From assembly GCA_038254115.1 (NCBI GenBank), contig JBBSGK010000006.1, forward strand, positions 1 to 54,353: 54,353 nt of DNA. The letters run 5' to 3'. This DNA comes from Candidatus Levyibacteriota bacterium. GTDB taxonomy: Bacteria > Patescibacteriota > Microgenomatia > Levybacterales > UBA12049. Under the pieces are notes generated by a model, which did not search any database, was not told the origin of the DNA, and worked only from the letters and a program-made list of their open reading frames with translations. Positions 47,515-54,353 of this stretch are shown here, piece by piece; within the stretch, counting starts at the first letter, position 1, and every line of letters begins with the position of its first letter. A program made the translations under genes and the position numbers.

Positions 47515-48678
47515 TTACAATCTCTGCAAGGCGGTCAAGACACGTGTTTGGTCTTTGGGTAAAAGTCCTGAGAACATATCAATAACATCCTTGCGGGATC
47601 CCTCCTCATCATGTGTATTACCATCACCAGTACCGCAAATAACAGATTGGTAGGATGCCAAAAGCATCCTTCTTCGGTCAATAAATGCTTGATGCGAACC
47701 ATTTGTAGTTAAGATATCCAGTTCTGTCAACAATCCTCTGGTCTCCATTATTGCAACACTTGCAGGGCTATCCTTTATAGTTCTATAATCCGCAACATGT
47801 CTCATCTCATGTCCAAATGACGGGACGACCCCATTTAAAAAAACCCCAAACGGAGTGATTCGACCATCTTCCTTTGTCCATTGATCACTGACAGCAACTA
47901 CCATTCTACCTTTTCCTATTTCCTCATCAATAGGCATCGCTGAAAAATTTTCGGCTTTTGTACTTAAAAAGACTGTTCCAAGATTATTCATCTCATCAAG
48001 TAAGTCCTGCGGCAGGCCAAACTCTCCCTGGTAAATACGGTGTAAAAGATCTATTCCGCCGATTTGAGTCCACTTCTCCATTTCTTTTCTATCAGTCTGG
48101 CCGAGTATATAAATCCATGGAACACGCGGGTCATCCAGAACTTCGATACGCCTTTCTCCTCCTGGCTGATAAGGCGCAAATTCATCAACAAGATCATATG
48201 GAACCCTTGCCTTATTACCGTTCTCTCCATAAGGAATCAGATATGAACCGCTCTCTCCTGTATCCGATGCTCCAAATTCTCCATTGTTTTCAAGAACTGC
48301 GAGTACACAATAGATATTGCCCCAAAAATCACTTCGGAAATAATCATATGTTGCAATTCTTTGCGTTGCATCTTCAATAGGTGTTTCTGAAAAAGTAGCT
48401 GAACCCCAACGCGTATATGTATCATCCAATAAAGCTGTATTTACATCTACGGATTTACCAACTTTGCCTACAGAATTCTTCTCGTGGAATCTACTGTATG
48501 CATGCTTTTTTCCTAAAATACTTTGTACAAAATTAAGCTGAAGTTGTGCTCCGTGGGTTGCAATCTCAAGCGGTCCTGCTCCTGCCGGAACTTTGCGCTG
48601 AAAACGGGCAAATGCTTGGTCAAAAACCCCTCCTACTGATTCTGCTGTTTCTTTCCTTTGAGTTTCAATAATAACCAT
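47515..48678 (-). CDS. Hypothetical protein with HExxH motif
   Basis: GHEMRH with a downstream E (AIMET); start placed at MVIIETQ. Confidence 0.65.
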   Translation of the reverse strand: MVIIETQRKETAESVGGVFDQAFARFQRKVPAGAGPLEIATHGAQLQLNFVQSILGKKHAYSRFHEKNSVGKVGKSVDVNTALLDDTYTRWGSATFSETPIEDATQRIATYDYFRSDFWGNIYCVLAVLENNGEFGASDTGESGSYLIPYGENGNKARVPYDLVDEFAPYQPGGERRIEVLDDPRVPWIYILGQTDRKEMEKWTQIGGIDLLHRIYQGEFGLPQDLLDEMNNLGTVFLSTKAENFSAMPIDEEIGKGRMVVAVSDQWTKEDGRITPFGVFLNGVVPSFGHEMRHVADYRTIKDSPASVAIMETRGLLTELDILTTNGSHQAFIDRRRMLLASYQSVICGTGDGNTHDEEGSRKDVIDMFSGLLPKDQTRVLTALQRL

Positions 48679-48782
48679 ATCCGAACTTATCTGTAGTAGT
48701 ATTATAAAACATTTATTCCGAAATATCAATACTATAGGTAAGTATATTTAAAATACTTACTCTAGACAAACAGGACACCATA

Positions 48783-48811
48783 TTGACTTATAGTATGCAA
48801 ATTGTTATACT
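48783..48811 (+). promoter_or_regulatory. Sigma70-type promoter
   Basis: TTGACT-17-TATACT; ATG 9 nt later. Confidence 0.65.
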
Positions 48812-48820
48812 CCAACTATT

Positions 48821-49453
48821 ATGGCAATGAGACCAGAACAATTAGGTAGAAGGATTGGAAGAGCTGTTCATGACGCACCTAGATTGATCACGCCCGATCA
48901 AGTCGATGCAGCAGGGCGTGAAGCGGAATCAAGTATGTCCGCTCTAATGGATATCATGGAAGAAAGTGCAGCAATATTGGAACCATACTTTGTGAAGGTA
49001 GGCGAAAAAGGCGCAGACGGAGTAGATAGAAGGGTTTTGATTTTAATCGGCTCCGTAGTAACTAGGGATGAGAGAATGGATATGGTTGCGATCACCAAAG
49101 GAGGTATAAGAAGTGTTATAGAAAGGGGAAGGTATACGTATGGTAGGACTACGGAAAGAAAAATACAATCAGTTGCAAGTGGCGAAGCGACCTTGGAGAT
49201 CAATGATGAAAATTCTTTAACGTACTCTAATAAAACAGGTACACAGTATGGTACATTGTGGTTGGAAACAATTCCCTTAAGACGAGAATACATTTTAGAT
49301 ATTGCAGATTCCGCCATAGAAAATAGCCTTAGTGTGCTTAGGGAAGAACAAGAGCGCATGCAAGAAGAGCTTGATGGAGTTAGGGCAATTTCATATATAG
49401 CAGATGCACTCGAAGGAAGAATTTTGGGGAGGTCACTTCTGGATACAGAATAA
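48821..49453 (+). CDS. Hypothetical protein
   Basis: 210-aa ORF with a near-consensus promoter. Confidence 0.7.
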   Translation: MAMRPEQLGRRIGRAVHDAPRLITPDQVDAAGREAESSMSALMDIMEESAAILEPYFVKVGEKGADGVDRRVLILIGSVVTRDERMDMVAITKGGIRSVIERGRYTYGRTTERKIQSVASGEATLEINDENSLTYSNKTGTQYGTLWLETIPLRREYILDIADSAIENSLSVLREEQERMQEELDGVRAISYIADALEGRILGRSLLDTE

Positions 49454-49455
49454 AC

Positions 49456-49995
49456 CTAAACCTGCTTCTCTTTCTTCGTAGTAGTCACCCTTCCCCCTTG
49501 CCATTGGCCGCGGTACATATTTCCACCTCCGGCAACTTCTGAAAACTGTATGTGTACAATCCGTGCTCCCATTTCTATAGTTACTGCAACCGGACCCTCA
49601 TTTTTGAGACCAAATGTCAGTCCCCCGCAATATCCCGGCGGTACATTTCCTGTACGGATAACCAAACCTGATCTATAAGTAGTAGATCTTGGAGTGATGC
49701 TTGCCGTCAGATTCTCTGGCATATTTACTGTTTCTATGGTTTTAACTAAATAAAAATCCCCCGGTTTAATGGTTATTTCTTTGTTAACCTTTTTATCAAA
49801 CTTTTCAACTAGATCAATATCAGCTGTGTGTCGCTCCGTAACTCCCAAAAATGCTTTTCCTGAAATTTTATAAACTTCAGAAAGACGCAGATCAAATCCC
49901 GCACCCTCAGGATTGGTCAATTCCCGCTCGGAGAGATTCTCAACCAGCTTTTTGGTTTTTACCAACTTTAATAATGCTTTGGGTCCTAGTACCAT
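49456..49995 (-). CDS. Trimeric dUTPase / dCTP deaminase-like protein
   Basis: GFDLRL, PRSTTYRSG, PGYCGGL, YRGQWQG. Confidence 0.8.
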   Translation of the reverse strand: MVLGPKALLKLVKTKKLVENLSERELTNPEGAGFDLRLSEVYKISGKAFLGVTERHTADIDLVEKFDKKVNKEITIKPGDFYLVKTIETVNMPENLTASITPRSTTYRSGLVIRTGNVPPGYCGGLTFGLKNEGPVAVTIEMGARIVHIQFSEVAGGGNMYRGQWQGGRVTTTKKEKQV

Positions 49996-50007
49996 ATATA
50001 TGTATAA

Positions 50008-50694
50008 CTATTTAATACGCGTTGAGATTAATTGAACAATTTCCTCCGTCACTTTTTCAACTGATTGCGCTCCATTGATAATATTGAATTCCTCCGGAAA
50101 TTCTTTCAAGAGCCAATCATATCCTTCTTTTGCTTTAAGGATCTTTTGCTTCTCCTCATAGATCTCTTTTTCATGAGGCTTTTTGGAAAGCCGATCCATT
50201 GCCCTCTCCACCGGAATGTCAAGATAAATTGTAGTGTCAGGCGCTATAAATTGATGATACATAGATAGTATACTTTGTGAGACAAGAATATATTTCGCTG
50301 TGTTATCGGTAAAATCTTCCTCAAGATCCAAAACTCCATATGGAACGGCTGACCAGAAACACCTGTCGGAAATGACGATCTTTCCCATTTTCAGTGCGGG
50401 TTCTATAAATTCCGCGTGATGCATTCCACGGTCCGCAGAGAACAAATATTGTATCGCAACTGATGGAATCTTTGTCTTTCCATTTAAGATTTTTTGGATC
50501 AGCTCACCTATCAGCCCTTCATCTTTTCTTGGCTCCCGTGTCTTCACCACTTCTTTTCCCTGCTCTTCAAAATATTTGTAGAGTTTTTCAATCTGAGTGG
50601 TTTTGCCCGATCCATCAATCCCCTCCAAAACTATGTAGCGACCATTATAGGGGTTTCTTCTAAAATCAATGTCAAAATCTAAGTGGTACTTCAT
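50008..50694 (-). CDS. tmk: Thymidylate kinase
   Basis: EGIDGSGKTT, TREP, ISDR. Confidence 0.95.
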   Translation of the reverse strand: MKYHLDFDIDFRRNPYNGRYIVLEGIDGSGKTTQIEKLYKYFEEQGKEVVKTREPRKDEGLIGELIQKILNGKTKIPSVAIQYLFSADRGMHHAEFIEPALKMGKIVISDRCFWSAVPYGVLDLEEDFTDNTAKYILVSQSILSMYHQFIAPDTTIYLDIPVERAMDRLSKKPHEKEIYEEKQKILKAKEGYDWLLKEFPEEFNIINGAQSVEKVTEEIVQLISTRIK

Positions 50695-50700
50695 AACTTC

Positions 50701-50765
50701 AGGGTCTAGGGTCTAGGGGGTCTAGGGTCTAGTTTTATAGACGCTAAATGCTAAACGCTAGAAGC
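50701..50765. repeat. Intergenic inverted heptamer array
   Basis: (AGGGTCT)n ... tagacgc taaatgc taaacgc tagaagc. Confidence 0.75.
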
Positions 50766-51334
50766 TATTTCTCTTCGTGAATTCTTGACTCCTCCGGTCC
50801 TTTTTGAAATTTGTATTTGGCGTTTTTTTTACTTGTGTACGGAGTAACAGCCGGACTTGAGAGTTCCTCAAATGTCATCGCGCAGATCCTCATCCCGATA
50901 GTAAGCTTAATTGCCATTCTACCCAGATTACCAAGCTCAAGAACAGGGTTTCCATCCCAACCGGGATCAAAAATAGAAGCAGTTGAGTGAACGACCAAGC
51001 CTAAGCGTCCAAGTGACGAACGGCCTTCCAATCTTCCCATCAGATCGGCAGGTATTTTGACCGACTCAAGCGTAACGGCGAGAACAAATTCCCCAGGCTG
51101 CATGATAAAAGCCCCATCCTTTGGAACTTTTATCACTTTTGTGATTTCATTGCTGTAATCTTTTTTTGAAGGATCGATATATGCATGGTGACTGTGGTCA
51201 AATATTCTGAAATTATTTCCAAGCCTGAGATCTATAGAACAAGATCCGAGTTGGGTGGAGAGATCAGGGGCGGGTTTAATGATAATTCTGCGGCTCGCAA
51301 GGGCTTTTTCGATGTCCTGATCTGATAAAACCAT
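50765..51334 (-). CDS. dcd: dCTP deaminase
   Basis: SIDLRL, EGRSSLGRLGL.VH.TA, DPGWDG..VLE. Confidence 0.94.
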   Translation of the reverse strand: MVLSDQDIEKALASRRIIIKPAPDLSTQLGSCSIDLRLGNNFRIFDHSHHAYIDPSKKDYSNEITKVIKVPKDGAFIMQPGEFVLAVTLESVKIPADLMGRLEGRSSLGRLGLVVHSTASIFDPGWDGNPVLELGNLGRMAIKLTIGMRICAMTFEELSSPAVTPYTSKKNAKYKFQKGPEESRIHEEK

Positions 51335-51360
51335 AACGAAAGTTTAGCATGTCAGATCCC

Positions 51361-51389
51361 TTGACACAACTAGGTTTCTTATCTACGAT
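51361..51389 (+). promoter_or_regulatory. Sigma70-type promoter
   Basis: TTGACA-17-TACGAT; ATG 8 nt later. Confidence 0.55.
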
Positions 51390-51397
51390 TGATGTAA

Positions 51398-52606
51398 ATG
51401 GAGAAAAGCAAAAAATTATATCTTGTTGGGTTCATTTTGGGACTTACTCTTATCTCCGCTCTTACTATTTCCAATCTGAAAAAGCCGACTCAGACTCTGA
51501 CCCATGCTGCAGCCTCTACAGTCCTAAGTCTTACTCCCGCAACTTCGTCCAAGCAAGTCGGGGATACAATAGATCTTGATCTGATTATAAATCCCGGAAA
51601 TAATTTGGTATCACTTATCAAATTCCAGTTAGCATTTGATTCCAAAAAAATTGCCCTCGAGGCAGATCCTTTTACACTAAACACCACAGCTTTTCCTACC
51701 AAAGTTGAGGGACCTGTTATAAATACCGAAAGCATTGGCGAAACCGTTTCAATTGGCGCGGATCCGACAAAAGTTATTCAGAAAGAAACAAAAGTGGGTA
51801 CAGTTCATTTCAAGGCAATTGCCCCAACGGATAATTCTCCCATTTCGGTAACTTTTACCAATATCACCCAAGCTTTATCTCTCGGCACCGGTGATAAAGC
51901 ATTTGAAAGCGTTCTCTCCTCAACTACTCCCGCAGCTATTACAATAGGTGGCATCTCTCAGGTCACACCAACAAACGATCCTTCAATTACTCCTTCAATT
52001 TCTCCCAAACCGTCCGAAAATGCAACTACAGCAACCTTCACCCTTCAATTACATGGAGTTGGGTCCAGTGGAGACAATCCCAATCCCAACGGAAGCAGCT
52101 TGAGCAATAAAACTCCTCTTCACCCGCAGAGAAATCTTGCCATTCTACTTTACAATACAGATAATCAGCTTGTCTCCAGTATTTCAGGCGCTGTGAATTA
52201 TGACCCAGGGTCTGGAACATTTAAAGGAAGCGTTGACTTAGGCCCAAGCCTGTCACAGGGCAACTATAATATAAAGATTAAAACAGACAGGTATCTCCGT
52301 AAACTAATTCCCGGCGCTCAAAAAATAACACCTCTTCAGGATAATAGAATAACTGAAGTGGCAGTGGTTGCAGGCGATACAAACAGCGACAATTCGGTCA
52401 ATATCCTCGATTATAACGCGTTTTTGGATTGCGGATACGGTGTTCTCAATCCCCTGCCGATGGATGATCCCAATTCTAAATTCAATAAGAAAGTGTGCCA
52501 GGTTCACACACCAGTAGCCAACATTGATGTTGACGATAATGGGATCGTTGATAGTTTTGATTACAATCTCTTCCTCCGCGAACTCTCCGTCCAAACAGGA
52601 GACTAA
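51398..52606 (+). CDS. Surface protein with cohesin-like and dockerin-like domains
   Basis: TM helix; VGDTIDLDLII..LAFDSKK..VGTVHFKA; GDTNSDNSVNILDY and DVDDNGIVDSFDY. Confidence 0.8.
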   Translation: MEKSKKLYLVGFILGLTLISALTISNLKKPTQTLTHAAASTVLSLTPATSSKQVGDTIDLDLIINPGNNLVSLIKFQLAFDSKKIALEADPFTLNTTAFPTKVEGPVINTESIGETVSIGADPTKVIQKETKVGTVHFKAIAPTDNSPISVTFTNITQALSLGTGDKAFESVLSSTTPAAITIGGISQVTPTNDPSITPSISPKPSENATTATFTLQLHGVGSSGDNPNPNGSSLSNKTPLHPQRNLAILLYNTDNQLVSSISGAVNYDPGSGTFKGSVDLGPSLSQGNYNIKIKTDRYLRKLIPGAQKITPLQDNRITEVAVVAGDTNSDNSVNILDYNAFLDCGYGVLNPLPMDDPNSKFNKKVCQVHTPVANIDVDDNGIVDSFDYNLFLRELSVQTGD

Positions 52607-52649
52607 ACTTAGTGCTTGACATGCTTATCTTTTATTAAGTATGCTAAAT

Positions 52650-54353
52650 ATGGATTTATTTATGTCGTTATTCAAAAAGAATCCTTTTCTAACTTTAGGG
52701 CTTTTGGCTCTAGTATTGGTTGGCCTACCGGCTGCAATTTTCTTATCTCAAAAAAAGGCTGAAAATAGATCCCATGCCTCAGCAACTGTTGCTCTTTCAT
52801 TCAGCCCTACATCCTCAGCGTCATCGCCAATAAATGTCGCCCCAAATGGCTCAGTTACACTGGACATTATACTTGACCCTGGAACAAGTATTGTTTCTTA
52901 CTTAAAATCCGAAATCAATTATGATGCTTCCAAGTTCCAAGTAGGAAGCTCTGCCCTTCAGTTTGACCCGGCAGCTTTTCCCACCGTTCTGACGCAACCG
53001 ATTTATACGAGTGGCAAAATACAATTTGTACTTTCTGCAGGGGCAGATCCGACAAAGGCTATCCAAAAACCTACCAAAATAGGAACGCTCACACTTACCG
53101 CTCTTCCTGTAAGTGGCGACTCTACGCCTACACAAATCACGTTTAACTCTGTTACTCAAGCGCTTTCAATTGATCCTAAATCAACACCAAAAGAAAATGT
53201 AATTGGAAGTACAGTTCCTGCGAATCTATTAATTACTCAAAATGGAGCAGCAACCCCCCCAACCACATGCGCGAACTCTCCAAGCGACACAATGCTGATT
53301 ATAGATAAATCAGGCAGCATGAATGCCGCTTCTGGTGTGAGCAAAATCACGCAGGCAAAAGCCGCTGCAAAGAAATATGTAGACATTCTTGCCAAAGATC
53401 CAAGAAACAAAGTCGGGTTAATAACCTTCAGCACAACAGCTACCGTTACAAGCCCGCTTACCAATAATTTCGCAGGGGTTAAAACTCAGATAGATAATCT
53501 AACTGCATCAGGCAGCACCTGTACAGAATGTGGAATAAACAAAGCAAATCAGGAATTGGCAAAAAGTACATCATCCAACAAAAAAGTTGCTATTCTGCTA
53601 ACAGATGGAAAAGCCAACTATATAGAAGGCGGAACAAAACAGTACACAGATGTTGCAATTCCTGAGCAAAAAGCCCTTGATGCTGCTAAAGCTGGGCGGG
53701 CTGCGCAAGGTACTGTATTCTATACGATTGGTTTGGGTCTTGAGATAAATGCGGATTTTCTTCAGGGCATTGCAGCAGCAACGGGCGGAAAATATTATGG
53801 AAGCCCGACTGGTGATCAGCTAAGTTCTATCTATGATCAAATCTCACAAATCTCAGGAAAAGGATCTATTACGGGTTTTGTTTTCAATGACGCCAACGGT
53901 AATCAGGCTTACGAATCTACGGAGTCCAAGCTTTCCGGATGGACAATTAAGTTAACAAACTCCTCAACAGGCGCTGTACAAAACTTCGTAAGCGACGCAG
54001 ACGGATTCAACATAACAGGTATTTGTAATGGCACCTATAACTTAAAAGAGGTAGAGCAAAATGGCTGGAAACAGACTCTTCCCACTGATTCAAATGGATA
54101 TTCTATAGTAATTAATAATGGCAGTGCCATAACAGACAAAAATTTTGGAAACAAGCAGGGCGGCAACACTTGCTCAGACAAGAAAGACAACAATAACAAT
54201 GGTCTAATCGATGAGAAGGATCCTTCATGCCACACAGACGGCAATCCAAACAACCCCGGTACTTATGATCCAAACCTACCTGAGGATGGCAACACCTGCG
54301 CTGATGGAAAAGATAACAATGGAAATAATCTAATCGACAGGTTTGATCCTGTC
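52650..54353 (+). CDS. Surface protein: TM, cohesin-like, VWA, SdrD-B-like and Ca-binding CxDxxDNxxxxLID repeats (3'-truncated; absent from ORF track)
   Basis: Partial manual translation, motifs confirmed in one frame: MDLFMSLFKKNPFLTLG..., IIDKSGSM, ILLTDG, GSITGFVFNDANGN, CSDKKDNNNNGLIDEKDPSC; start may be 52662. Confidence 0.85.
   Translation, partial: MDLFMSLFKKNPFLTLGLLALVLVGLPAAIFLSQKKAENRSHASATVALSFSPTSSASSPINVAPNGSVTLDIILDPGTSIVSYLKSEINYDASKFQVGSSALQFDPAAFPTVLTQPIYTSGKIQFVLSAGADPTKAIQKPTKIGTLTLTALPVSGDSTPTQITFNSVTQALSIDPKSTPKENVIGSTVPANLLITQNGAATPPTTCANSPSDTMLIIDKSGSMNAASGVSKITQAKAAAKKYVDILAKDPRNKVGLITFSTTATVTSPLTNNFAGVKTQIDNLTASGSTCTECGINKANQELAKSTSSNKKVAILLTDGKANYIEGGTKQYTDVAIPEQKALDAAKAGRAAQGTVFYTIGLGLEINADFLQGIAAATGGKYYGSPTGDQLSSIYDQISQISGKGSITGFVFNDANGNQAYESTESKLSGWTIKLTNSSTGAVQNFVSDADGFNITGICNGTYNLKEVEQNGWKQTLPTDSNGYSIVINNGSAITDKNFGNKQGGNTCSDKKDNNNNGLIDEKDPSCHTDGNPNNPGTYDPNLPEDGNTCADGKDNNGNNLIDRFDPV

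Noticed and set aside
11427-50765. CRISPR arrays
   Set aside because: The repeats are 7-8-mers without unique spacers; no cas genes.

Overview
Low-GC chromosomal segment that by gene content and style looks like a Patescibacteria/CPR bacterium, probably Microgenomates (Levybacteria-like); this is inference from short tsf, near-leaderless genes, cohesin/dockerin surface proteins and ORFans between core genes. Core genes: class I aldolase, pfkB kinase, TPS/TPP fusion, msrB, class A PBP, cysS, recR, two prs, ybaB, dnaX, ybeY, rpsU, hit, proS (with a T-box), oxidative PPP genes, gdhA, rseP, frr, tsf, rpsB, and a dcd-tmk-dut/dcd-thyA-folA-glyA thymidylate cluster. The most striking element is an integrase-free ~8.4 kb island (36893-45307) bounded by a duplicated folA 3' end. 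It encodes a minimal TatAC translocase and two intact plus one pseudogenised ~60-aa proteins that are little more than a twin-arginine signal with a C-terminal YG motif. It also encodes signal-less extracellular-type proteins, two of which carry an N-terminal RLPxPGxDxGxWG tag. Together these suggest (hypothesis) adaptor-mediated, split-signal Tat export. Other observations: a second gene-end duplication, a four-helix-bundle gene flanked by inverted 8-mer arrays, many gene-less inverted heptamer arrays, and a 20-bp palindrome inserted in frame in recR. No rRNA, tRNA or CRISPR array was seen.
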